Positions 40,428 to 50,700 of a DNA stretch of 64,000 nt are shown piece by piece. Made by a program: the position numbers and the translations under genes. Each line of letters starts with the position of its first letter. Position 1 is the first letter of the stretch. This DNA comes from Minisyncoccota bacterium. Lineage in GTDB: Bacteria; Patescibacteriota; Minisyncoccia; Phycocordibacterales; UBA9973. The notes beneath the pieces are model-generated. The model was not told where the DNA came from, did not search any database, and worked only from the letters and a program-made list of their open reading frames with translations. Where the stretch lies: positions 15,967 through 79,966 of the forward strand of contig JBAYUN010000002.1 in NCBI GenBank assembly GCA_041675085.1, written 5' to 3'.

Positions 40428-41520
40428 GATTGTTTTCTTTACTTCTTAATATATTCTTTTCTTTTTCCATATCGTTCATAAGTTCCATGAAAAATACAGC
40501 TACCGGAATAGCCAATATCATACCCCAAATTCCGCTAAGTTCAAAACCTACCAAAACCGCTATGATAACCATCAGAGGAGAAAGCCCGACTACCCTATTG
40601 ATAATAAGAGGAGAAAATAGAAATACTTCAAATTGATGGATAATAATATAGACTCCAGCTACCATTAAAGCATCTTGTATCCCTCCCCCAAGATAAGAAA
40701 AAGACATAGCAGGTATTAAAGCTATCACCGATCCATAAGGCAAAAAAGACATAAAGCCCGCAATCAAAGCCAACAATAAAGCATAATCAATACCAATCAA
40801 AGCGAGCAATAAATAAATCAAAACACTAATAATCAGAGCCAAGAACATCTGACCCTTGAGCCAGAGAGCAATTTTCCTGCGTGAACGACTCCATAGATCA
40901 ATAACATAATCTTCATATTTGAGAGGTAAAATAATTCTTAAAAAATTCTCTATGCCACGCTCTTGTACAGAAAGATAAAAAGAAATAATTATTATTAAAA
41001 TAAAATTGAAAATACCGCCGAAAGCTATAGCTAAAGTTTGGATAAATCCTCCCGATAGATTGCCTACAAAAGTATTGGATATAGCAACCAAAGAAGAGAG
41101 GGATAATTTGCCAGAGAGACTAGCTACCAATTCTTTGGCACCTCCAAATTCTTCACTTTGGAAATAATCCAAATATGGTACGTCAGGAAAATGCACATAA
41201 AGAAATCCTGAGAAATTATATATTTCTGTAATTAATAATGGAGCAAAGAGATAAAACAAAAAAGAAAAAATTAAACCAGAAATCAGATAAAAACTAACTA
41301 CTCCAGAGAGCCTGCCCATACCTATCTTCTTAAAATACGGGACAGCAGATTCAACGAAAGAAGCTATCACGATAGAAGTCAAAACTACCAAGACTAATTC
41401 CTGTAAATACCAGATCAAAAAGAAACCTAATAAAACCAAGAAACCTCTCACAAAAGTATTTGTACTAATTGATATTTCCAATAGATTATCTTTTTTTAAC
41501 ATACACAAATCATAACACAA
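40414..41520 (-). CDS. AI-2E family transporter (PerM/UPF0118)
   Basis: 368 aa, eight transmembrane helices, conserved C-terminal …IPVAVFF… region. Confidence 0.65.
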   Translation of the reverse strand: MCYDLCMLKKDNLLEISISTNTFVRGFLVLLGFFLIWYLQELVLVVLTSIVIASFVESAVPYFKKIGMGRLSGVVSFYLISGLIFSFLFYLFAPLLITEIYNFSGFLYVHFPDVPYLDYFQSEEFGGAKELVASLSGKLSLSSLVAISNTFVGNLSGGFIQTLAIAFGGIFNFILIIIISFYLSVQERGIENFLRIILPLKYEDYVIDLWSRSRRKIALWLKGQMFLALIISVLIYLLLALIGIDYALLLALIAGFMSFLPYGSVIALIPAMSFSYLGGGIQDALMVAGVYIIIHQFEVFLFSPLIINRVVGLSPLMVIIAVLVGFELSGIWGMILAIPVAVFFMELMNDMEKEKNILRSKENNHETN

Positions 41521-41541
41521 AACAAAAAAAGAAAAAATTTC

Positions 41542-42810
41542 TTAGAATTTCAGTATCTTTGTGAATTGTTTTTTATCTTTAAAAGGTCCAACTAAAGCAA
41601 GGTTTAATTTATCATCACTAAAGATTTTACGAGCCATATCTTGGATTTGTTTTGCTGTTATACGCCTGACTTGTTCGGCTTTTTCCTCTGATGTCTTTAT
41701 TTCCTTCTTTAATAATTCTTGAGAACCGTAAAAATTCGCAATATCATCAGATGACTCGAGCGAGAGTTTCATATTCCCTATTAAGCATTCTTTAACTTTT
41801 TCTAACTCCTCATTACTTACTAATTCATTTTTGAGTTTATTGCATTCAGCTAAGACCGCCTCTATAACTTCATTTATTCTTTTATTATCAACTCCAGCTG
41901 AGATTTGGAAAAATCCATGGTCAGTATAAACATCATTATACGCTCGCACATAATATCCTACTCCCATCTCTTCACGCAGTTTTGTAAATAGTCTTGAACT
42001 CATACCCGCACCGAGAACTCCAGAAAGGACAGACAGGATAGCATTATTCTTATTAAACAAATCATAAGTACGCACACCTAGGACAAAATGCGTCTGATCA
42101 GTTTCTTTGAATTTTACTAAAATCTCAGGTTTAGTCTGAGTCTCTACTACTTTTAATTTTGTAGACTTTTTGGCTTTTTTAATTTGACCAAAAATTTTCT
42201 CAACTTCTTTTATTACCTCAGCTTCTTTCACCTGACCGGTAACCACTAAAGTCGTCGCATTCGGCACGTAGTGAGCTTTGTGATAATTCACAAAATCTTC
42301 TCTCACCATTCCTAAAATATTCTTTTTCTCTCCTGCAATATTCCATCCCGAAGGTTGATCCCCATAGAGCAACTTCATCATCAAATCTTGAACATGACGA
42401 GAAGGCATATCTTCATACATATTTATCTCTTCGATTATCACTCCTTTTTCTTTTTCGATTTCAGTTTCTGGAAAAGTAGAATTCAGATAAATATCGGTAA
42501 CGATATCTACAATCTTTTTAAAATGCTTGGCATCACCTTTTGCATAATAACCTGTATATTCTTGAGAAGTGAAAGCATTGTACTGACTGCCCATACTATC
42601 TAACTCTTTAGAAATATCTACGCCTTTTGGACGACGGATAGTCCCCTTGAAACACATATGTTCCAAGAAGTGCGAAATACCATTAACTTTTTTATCTTCG
42701 TATTTTGAACCTGTTTCTACAAGGACCAAAACCGTAACAGTCGGATTATCCTTCATAGGCACAGTGATTAAACGCAAGCCATTACCCAAAACTTTCTTTG
42801 TGAATTTCAT
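41542..42810 (-). CDS. M16 family zinc metallopeptidase (insulinase-like)
   Basis: Inverted zinc motif HFLEHMCFKGT (HxxEH) and a downstream E ligand region. Confidence 0.8.
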   Translation of the reverse strand: MKFTKKVLGNGLRLITVPMKDNPTVTVLVLVETGSKYEDKKVNGISHFLEHMCFKGTIRRPKGVDISKELDSMGSQYNAFTSQEYTGYYAKGDAKHFKKIVDIVTDIYLNSTFPETEIEKEKGVIIEEINMYEDMPSRHVQDLMMKLLYGDQPSGWNIAGEKKNILGMVREDFVNYHKAHYVPNATTLVVTGQVKEAEVIKEVEKIFGQIKKAKKSTKLKVVETQTKPEILVKFKETDQTHFVLGVRTYDLFNKNNAILSVLSGVLGAGMSSRLFTKLREEMGVGYYVRAYNDVYTDHGFFQISAGVDNKRINEVIEAVLAECNKLKNELVSNEELEKVKECLIGNMKLSLESSDDIANFYGSQELLKKEIKTSEEKAEQVRRITAKQIQDMARKIFSDDKLNLALVGPFKDKKQFTKILKF

Positions 42811-42844
42811 AAGGGTTATTTTAACATAAAAAATAAAAATAAAA

Positions 42845-42885
42845 ACAGGGCTTTAATATAAAAACCCTGTTCTTGTTTTTTAAAT
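42845..42885 (-). terminator. intrinsic terminator after the 102-aa hypothetical gene
   Basis: acaggg…ccctgt hairpin followed by a T-tract on the minus transcript. Confidence 0.5.
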
Positions 42886-42899
42886 GTTTATCATAAATC

Positions 42900-43208
42900 C
42901 TAAACTAACACTTCATACAGTGTATCGTCTCCTTTATTAAAAGGCCAACAACCTCCCGAGGAGTCCACTGCCCCGAAATTTACCCCTGAAACACCAGCCC
43001 AAAATGACATAGTGAAATTTGTACCAACTTTTCTTATACGTATATCGTTAAGCGGACTGATTGCAATCATACCGATCGCTTCTTCATCCATATTGATTGA
43101 ACGACACCATTTACGCAATAAAAAATCTCTAATTTCGAAAGCTGTACCAGTAAACGGTTCTGCTAGCATGAATTTATCAGCATTATTATTCTGTTGTTTA
43201 TTTAACAT
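42900..43208 (-). CDS. hypothetical protein
   Basis: 102-aa ORF. No recognisable motif. Has its own terminator. Confidence 0.35.
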   Translation of the reverse strand: MLNKQQNNNADKFMLAEPFTGTAFEIRDFLLRKWCRSINMDEEAIGMIAISPLNDIRIRKVGTNFTMSFWAGVSGVNFGAVDSSGGCWPFNKGDDTLYEVLV

Positions 43209-43303
43209 TCTATATATTTTTTAATTTAAAATAACAAAATCGCTATCCAAAAATTACTTTACTATAAAGTTAGTAGATTGTAAATAGGCACGCAGATATT
43301 TAT

Positions 43304-44620
43304 TTAATTTAATTTATCTTTTATATAAGAAACAAGTTCACCTACTTTCACTCTCTCCTGATTACCTGTATCACGGTCGCGGACTGTTACAGTGTCTTTT
43401 AGGTCAGGATTTTCTTCCCCTAATGTATCAAAATCTACCACAATACAAAACGGAGTACCTATCTCGTCTTGGCGACGATATCTTTTACCAATATTCCCAT
43501 TATCGTCAAACATGACGCGGCCAAATTCGTTCTTCAAAGTTCCAAAAACATTTTTAGAATATTCTACAAGCTCAGGTTTATTCTTGAGCAACGGAGAAAC
43601 CGCACAAATTACCGGAGCCATATTTGGTTTAAATTTTAAATAAGGACGTTCTACGTCATCTTCATTATAAGCAGAAACAAGTAAAGCCAATATTGCACGA
43701 TCGAGTCCAAAAGAAGGCTCAATAACATGAGGTACTATTTTGGTAGCATTTTCTTCATCTATGTATTCTATTTTATGTACTCCTAAGTCGTAGTCAGTCC
43801 TGTATGCAAGGCCAAAAAGTTCTTTGCGTCCGAAAGGATAATCAAATTCAAAGTCCACAGTTTTTTTAGAATAAAAAGCGCGGTCTTCGTCGGATACAGA
43901 AAGCTCTGAGACTTTACTCATATCGATACCTATCTCTTCCATCCATTCGTTCATCTCGTCTTTGAAATAATCAAAATATTGTTCCCAACTATCTTCACGA
44001 ACAAAATATTCTATTTCCATTTGCTCGAATTCTCTTTGACGAAAGATAAAGTCGCGAGGTGTAATTTCATTTCTGAAAGCTTTACCGATTTGCGCCATAC
44101 CAAAAGGAAGCTTGGGATGAAAAGAATCCACGATATTTTTAAAATTTACAAACATACCTTGAGCTGTTTCTGGACGTAAGTATGAAATAGCAGAACTGTC
44201 TTCACTTGCTCCAACTTGGGTTTGGAACATCATGTTGAATTGCTTCGGAGAAGTTAATTTACCTTTTTTACAAGACCCACAGTTCTCTAAATCTTCTATT
44301 TGATCAGCGCGGAATTTCTTCTTACAGTCAGAACATTCCACCATAGGGTCAGCAAAGTTAGCTACGTGACCAGTCGCTGCCCAGACTTCTTGACGCATTA
44401 AAATAGCTGCATCAACGCCATACATGTCAGTCCTAGATTCTACGAATTTCTTCCACCAAGAGTCTTTAATATTTTTCTTTAAAGCTACTCCAAAATGACC
44501 AAAGTCAAATGTCCCCGCTAGACCTCCGTATATCTCACTTCCTGGATAGATAAAACCTCTTCTCTTAGCGAGACTTACTATCTTTTCCATCAATGCATTT
44601 TCACGATTTTCTTTATTCAT
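43304..44620 (-). CDS. glyQS: glycyl-tRNA synthetase (alpha2 archaeal/eukaryotic-type)
   Basis: …RRGFIYPGSEIYGG…, FRNEITPRDFIFRQREFEQMEIEYF (motif 2) and GLDR (motif 3). Confidence 0.85.
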   Translation of the reverse strand: MNKENRENALMEKIVSLAKRRGFIYPGSEIYGGLAGTFDFGHFGVALKKNIKDSWWKKFVESRTDMYGVDAAILMRQEVWAATGHVANFADPMVECSDCKKKFRADQIEDLENCGSCKKGKLTSPKQFNMMFQTQVGASEDSSAISYLRPETAQGMFVNFKNIVDSFHPKLPFGMAQIGKAFRNEITPRDFIFRQREFEQMEIEYFVREDSWEQYFDYFKDEMNEWMEEIGIDMSKVSELSVSDEDRAFYSKKTVDFEFDYPFGRKELFGLAYRTDYDLGVHKIEYIDEENATKIVPHVIEPSFGLDRAILALLVSAYNEDDVERPYLKFKPNMAPVICAVSPLLKNKPELVEYSKNVFGTLKNEFGRVMFDDNGNIGKRYRRQDEIGTPFCIVVDFDTLGEENPDLKDTVTVRDRDTGNQERVKVGELVSYIKDKLN

Positions 44621-44630
44621 ATTTTTATTA

Positions 44631-46502
44631 TTATTCTACTATTTTTTCAGGGATACGTAGGGATGATTTCACTACTCCTACATCCACCTTAGCAAAATCA
44701 TCATAACCCGTCAAAGTTGCCTTCTCGGCTATTACTGGAGAGTCTCCAACTTCAGACAAAGAAGGATTTATAGATACTTGGAAAGAAACTTCTTTCAAAG
44801 AACTCAATAGTCCCGTGCCTCGAGGTAGATTGCCTATATTCCAAGTAATAACTCGAGTTGCAGGGTCATAGGTCAGATTTTCATTATTAGGCAAAACTAC
44901 ATTTTTGTAATTCACCCGTGCTGGCAAAATAGATACAACTTTTGCACCAGAAACGTTGTTGGAAGTATTAGCCACACTCCAAGTAACTTTGTAAGTAGTC
45001 TCTTGTTCAGATTTTGGAGGCAAAGGCCCTGAGACATGAGCGACTTTAGTCAACATAGAAACATCAGAAAATATTTTTATATTTTTTTCTTCGACAGATT
45101 CTAGATTTTTAGTAATATTTCCACCGAGAGCTTGTTTGCCAGATATTGATATCTCAATACTCATCGAAGGATCGAGAAGCAAACTATTATTTTCAGTGAA
45201 AACATTTGGTGACAAAAGTCTAAATCTTACAGATCCGCCTGAGAGAGGTCTCACCACATCAAAACCTTCTTCGGTATTTTTATCCCAAACAATAGTATTC
45301 TTGCTTGAATCTAAGAACCCGTATTCTGTATCTACTTTCTTCACATCAAAAGCATTACCTCCAAATTTTGCTTTGATCTCAAGATCGTTGATAGGTGTGT
45401 TTAGATTATTAAACCAATTAATAGTACCAGTAATACCATTTCTACTACTAACGCTATACTCTCTCTTATAATCATTGTTCACATAAAGCTTGGCTTCTAC
45501 GAAAGGCTTCTTGATCAAAATATTATGTGCTAGTGAATTAAATACTACTCCTATCTGAGTCTTGTCTCCTTTTTGTTCGGGACCTACGAAAGCATGAAAG
45601 ATTTTAGCTTCTCCATCATAGACGTTGACCATGACGCCATTGATAACTATTTCTCTCTCTTCTCCTACTTTTAGATTGGATAAATCCCAAACATTATTAC
45701 CTATCGACGGAGCGGGTACAGCGGAAGTGAATTCAAAACCGAAAGGATAATCTAATTTTAAAAGCATACCATTTGCTACTTTGTTATCATTTAACACAGC
45801 TTTGACTTTAAAGCTCAAATCTTGATTTGTGGTTATTTCAGTTGGCGCATCGATAGCTAGATTTATCGGAGTAGAATTTATAGTAACTTTATAAAATTTA
45901 TCTTTTAGGAAAATAGCGTTAGAGCCTTCGAGTCTATACTCGAGCGAGATTTTGATTTCATGAATAGAGCCTTGTTCTCCATAGAGCACAACTTTCATAT
46001 CTTCATTTTTAATACTACCAGCCGGTATAACACCCAAAGATTTACGCAATCTCTCGATCTCACCATTACTATTTAAAGTAGAACCTTTTGGATATTCTAC
46101 AACCAAGTCCGCCAATTCTAATCCTGAAGTATTTTTATTTACAATCTCTATCACCAAAGGCAACTCTTCCCCTCCACCAGTAAAAGTATTACCCAAAACT
46201 GAAATCTCAATATTCTCATTAGAAACTTCGTTGCCTCCTACAAAAAAATTAAATAGTAGATAAATACTAGCAGCAACAAAAAGTAAAATAGAAAAAATAA
46301 AAAAGTTACGGAAAAAATGATTCTTCTTAATAGCTGGCTCTTTTATTCCAGTATCTTCATGCTTCCAAGCTTCAGGCACTTTTTCTTTTTTGAGGAATAC
46401 AAAACCTTCTCGATCCTCAATACGAGTCTCGTAGCTACGGCTAAAGATTTTTCTTTTCATATCTTCAACCTTATTTAGTCCATTTTGATTTTCATCTGAC
46501 AT
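44631..46502 (-). CDS. large surface protein: cytoplasmic N-terminus, one transmembrane segment, β-rich CARDB/DUF11-like extracellular repeats
   Basis: Transmembrane segment FFRNFFIFSILLFVAASIYLLF followed by about 540 aa of β-strand-like repeats. Confidence 0.45.
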   Translation of the reverse strand: MSDENQNGLNKVEDMKRKIFSRSYETRIEDREGFVFLKKEKVPEAWKHEDTGIKEPAIKKNHFFRNFFIFSILLFVAASIYLLFNFFVGGNEVSNENIEISVLGNTFTGGGEELPLVIEIVNKNTSGLELADLVVEYPKGSTLNSNGEIERLRKSLGVIPAGSIKNEDMKVVLYGEQGSIHEIKISLEYRLEGSNAIFLKDKFYKVTINSTPINLAIDAPTEITTNQDLSFKVKAVLNDNKVANGMLLKLDYPFGFEFTSAVPAPSIGNNVWDLSNLKVGEEREIVINGVMVNVYDGEAKIFHAFVGPEQKGDKTQIGVVFNSLAHNILIKKPFVEAKLYVNNDYKREYSVSSRNGITGTINWFNNLNTPINDLEIKAKFGGNAFDVKKVDTEYGFLDSSKNTIVWDKNTEEGFDVVRPLSGGSVRFRLLSPNVFTENNSLLLDPSMSIEISISGKQALGGNITKNLESVEEKNIKIFSDVSMLTKVAHVSGPLPPKSEQETTYKVTWSVANTSNNVSGAKVVSILPARVNYKNVVLPNNENLTYDPATRVITWNIGNLPRGTGLLSSLKEVSFQVSINPSLSEVGDSPVIAEKATLTGYDDFAKVDVGVVKSSLRIPEKIVE

Positions 46503-46521
46503 GGAATAATTATATCATATT

Positions 46522-47106
46522 TTAAAGTTGTGTTTCACGTAAAGCCTTGTTGATCTCTAGCAATACTTCCTTTTTATTTTTTGCTATTCCGGAGAGGATA
46601 TTACTATCTTCAAAAGGAGATTTTATCAGAGCTGAGAAAGATTCTTCACCGTCAATGTAGCCGAGATTATACAAAGCTCTCAACACCATTATGATTTCTA
46701 TGTTTTGTAGTTCTTGTCTATCAGAGTTATTGTTCAACACAAAAAGTCCGTTCAAGAAATCTTGAAAGAGATTGGTGTTCTTTTCTTGTTCAGGCAACAA
46801 TCTGATTAAAAGCTTGGATAAATTTGCCAAAATTTTTAACTTAAAAAATTCTTGATTGATAGCTTCGAGTTCATTGGTCTTAGAAGCTGTAGTAATACGC
46901 CAAATATTTTTTCTTTGGATTAGATCGAGTTTAATATAAGAATAATCTTGCAATACATAACGTAACTTTGAAGTTATCTTGCGCACTCCTTCTGCCTCCG
47001 CATACACAAGCCCTAAATCACGAGTAAAAATATGATAATACTTCCCCGCTTCCTTAAAGTTCCTACTGCCTAATATTATTCCCTCTGTATGATATATATG
47101 GTGCAT
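46522..47106 (-). CDS. recO: RecO-like recombination mediator (N-terminal OB fold, no Zn finger)
   Basis: HTEGIILGSRNFKEAGKYYHIFTRDLGLVYAEAEGVRK matches the RecO N-terminal domain pattern. Confidence 0.5.
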   Translation of the reverse strand: MHHIYHTEGIILGSRNFKEAGKYYHIFTRDLGLVYAEAEGVRKITSKLRYVLQDYSYIKLDLIQRKNIWRITTASKTNELEAINQEFFKLKILANLSKLLIRLLPEQEKNTNLFQDFLNGLFVLNNNSDRQELQNIEIIMVLRALYNLGYIDGEESFSALIKSPFEDSNILSGIAKNKKEVLLEINKALRETQL

Positions 47107-47114
47107 TAATAAAT

Positions 47115-47774
47115 CTATTTTATCATATATCCTTTCAACTCTTCTAGAATAGGAGCTATAGTTGTATCGTTTACGTCTTCTGGTTTGATTTTACAATTTG
47201 CAAAAATTTGTCTTTCTATTTCTTTACCACAAGCAAGTAATGTTTCAAAACTTTCCTTAGTATCCAAAAATTTAGTATTTTCATAACGCCTTTTTACGTC
47301 ACTCATTCGTTCATGGTAAGATAAAATTCCATAAGGACCTACTCTTACATCAGCATAATTAACAATCTTTTTTTCAAATTCGTCAGATTCTAAAGCTTGA
47401 TTACAAAATTCACCATGATCTCCAAATTCTTCTAAAAGTTTGATAATTTCTTCTGAAACTCCTATTTCTTTAGCAATGATTGAGGTAGCTTTATGTTCAT
47501 CGTATCCATACTTGGCAAAATATTCATTTTGAATATTTTGCCAATATTCCAAACCAAGAGGTTTAACAAATCCAGGAAAAACTCCTAATTTAAATTTTAT
47601 AATATTACCCATATCATGAAACAAGGCTGCTGTAATAATTTTATTTTTATCTAAGATAATCGCATCATCTAAATTTTCTAAAATTATCTTAGTTACACTA
47701 GCTACTCGCAATTGATGCATCGCAAGATTCGGCATTATTTTATATTGCTCGTAAATCTCTAAAATATTCCGCAT
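47115..47774 (-). CDS. HD-domain phosphohydrolase
   Basis: H…HD (ALFHDMGN) …D metal-ligand pattern. Confidence 0.6.
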   Translation of the reverse strand: MRNILEIYEQYKIMPNLAMHQLRVASVTKIILENLDDAIILDKNKIITAALFHDMGNIIKFKLGVFPGFVKPLGLEYWQNIQNEYFAKYGYDEHKATSIIAKEIGVSEEIIKLLEEFGDHGEFCNQALESDEFEKKIVNYADVRVGPYGILSYHERMSDVKRRYENTKFLDTKESFETLLACGKEIERQIFANCKIKPEDVNDTTIAPILEELKGYMIK

Positions 47775-50700
47775 TTATTTTTGTATTTTAATTTTAAATA
47801 CTAATTCCCCTACTTTTACTTCTATTCCGTCATTTGACTCAAAAGAAATCTCGCGAATACCTGCCACTTTTTTGAAATCATCTTCAAATTTCTTAACTAT
47901 ATTTTCTCCTGTACTATCTGTCTCAATAAATAAAGTTATCATATCACTAGGTATCAATCCTTCTTTTTTGCGAGAATCTTGTATAGAACGTAAAAATTCA
48001 CGATACAATCCTTCTTCCTTTAATTCTGAAGTTATATTTATATCCAAATTAATTTCTTCTCCGAATAAAATTGCTTTGACATTCAATTCATCTTTTATAA
48101 TCTCTAAAAATTCAGCATTCAAATCTTTATTGGTAACAGTAAAAGAAGCAAGTGGTTGACGTACTGGTAGATTATTTTTCTGACGCATTTGTAAGCCAGT
48201 AGAAACTAAATCTCTAACTATTTGCATCTTCTCTATAACCTCAACACTAGAACCTAAAACCTGACCTGTAGGCCACTCTGCCAAATGCACACTTTCTGCG
48301 TCTGCATTATTTCTAAGTTTTAACCAAATATCTTCAGAAGCAAAAGGAGTGAATGGAGCCATGATTTTTACCAAATTCTTCAACACAAAATACAAAGTTT
48401 GTTTTGCTTCCATATCTCCATCTTTAATCCTGTCTCTATTTCGACGTAAATACCAAGTAGAAAGATCTCCGATAAAATCTCGCAACGCACGAGCTGGTTC
48501 TAAAACTTTATAATTATCTAACTCTAAAGTTGAGAGTTCTACCAATTCACCAAGCTTCGCTAAAATCCATTGATCCAAAATATTTGCACTTTGAGTAAAT
48601 TCATTCTTCTCTAAGTCACGGTCTCTATAAAGTTCATAAAAAGCGAGCACGTTATAAAGAAGTCCGAAAACCTGACTGTGTAGTATAGCTACAGTCTTCT
48701 CATCAAAGTTCTTGCTCTCGCCTGGTTGATTCACTGAGTACATCCAGAGACGCAAAGTATCGACTCCGTATTTCTCTATCATAGAAAAGGGTTCAACGAT
48801 ATTACCTTGAGATTTACTCATCTTTTTACCTTTAGCATCAAGTAAATGCCCGAGACAGATAACGTTTTTATAAGCCTTACCGCGACCCATCAAAGTCCCT
48901 ACTGCGTGAAGCGTATAGAACCATCCTCTTGTCTGATCGATAGCTTCTGAAATATAATCCGCCGGATAACCTACTCCTTCGATACGTTCTTTGTTCTCAA
49001 AAGGATAATGATCCTGAGCGAAAGGCATAGCTCCACTATCAAACCACACGTCCATAACGTCTTTGATTCTCTTATATTCTTTACCGTCACGTTCCAAGAC
49101 CACCTCGTCAACATAAGGACGATGCAAATCTAGAGCAAACTTTTCATCATGAGGAAAAGGCACAAAGTCCAAAGTACTGAATTCTGAATTCGCTAGATAA
49201 TGAAAATCTTTTTTAGAATTAATTAATTCTAAAGTCTCAGCTAGTGATAAATTCTCCGATCCAGAATACATAAGCCAAGCTGGGCCACCGTGAGTCACAA
49301 ATAAAATATTCTTATCTTGATACTTGTTTTCTATATCAAAAAGAAAATCCATAACTCGAGTTTGCACATCTTTGTATGATTCATCACCCTGATTTTTCTT
49401 ATCAAAGTTCTCTAAAGTCTTTGGATAATCTTTATGATAATCGTCCCAGTTTTTACCTTCATAAGAAAGCACTTGCATCTCACCTATTCGTACATCGGTC
49501 AAAATATCTTCTTCTTTAAGATTCAATACTGTCGCAATAATCTTTGAAGTCTCAAGAGTACGATAATAAGGTGAACTTATAATCAAATCAATATTTTTAT
49601 CTTTTAAGGATTCAGCCGAAACACGAGTAGCTTCTTTGCCTAAATCTGTGAGAATACTTCCCTTTTCTATTTTTGTACTGACTATGTTTTTAGTATTATT
49701 TTCTGTCTGACCATGACGCATTACAAAATATTTATTATTACTTTTTTTAGTATATTTTTTTAGAGTCGCGATACTATCTACAACAAGAGTCTCTTTGTCT
49801 TCTGAGACCCAAATAGGAAGCGGAGTTCCCCAATATCTTTCGCGAGAAATAGCCCAGTCTTTTATACCCGCGAGCCATTCTCCAAAACGCCCTTCCCTAG
49901 TATGCAAAGGTTCCCAGTTGATAGTCTTGTTCTCTTCTATCATTCTCTCTTTGATATTTTTGTCAGTCATGCGAATATACCAAGAATCCCGCGCATAATA
50001 AATCAGTGCGGTTTTGCAACGCCAACAATGAGGATAAGAGTGCTCGTAAAGTTCTTTGTGAAAAAATAGATTCTTCTCTTGCAAATATTTAATAATATCT
50101 ACGTCGAGAGTCGGCTTGCCACTCTCGTCTTTTTCTTTTACAAAACGACCACTCAAGAAATCCATACCTTGAATAAATTTACCTTCGAGGTTCACCACAT
50201 GATGCTTTGGTAGTCCTATCTCTGTACCTAGATCAAAGTCATCTGCTCCATACATCACCGCAGTATGTACAACTCCAGTACCGTCTTCTGTGGTCACGAA
50301 ATCTGCTCCGTAAACTTTGAAAGCTTTTTCTAGTTTTGGTTTTTCACTATCTGAGATAGTACTTTCTAGATAAGGGAAAAGTGGTTCGTATTCTAGACCA
50401 ACAAGTTCAGAGCCTTTGAATTTTTCTATAATCTCAAAACCTTCTCCTAAAAGAGATATTCTAGCTTCTGCCAAAATAAAAAAATCTTCACCTTTCTTAA
50501 CTTTCACATAATCTATATCTTTCCCTACAGCTAGAGCCACGTTACCAGGTAAAGTCCAAGGAGTTGTAGTCCAAGCGAGGATAAAAGTATTAACAAAAAT
50601 ATTTTCCTGTTCGGGTCTCTCGCAGGCTGACGAGCCGAGAGTGAGCGCTGAGCCAGCAGGCTCAGACAGCGACCCGACAGGAATATTATTTTTGTTTTTT

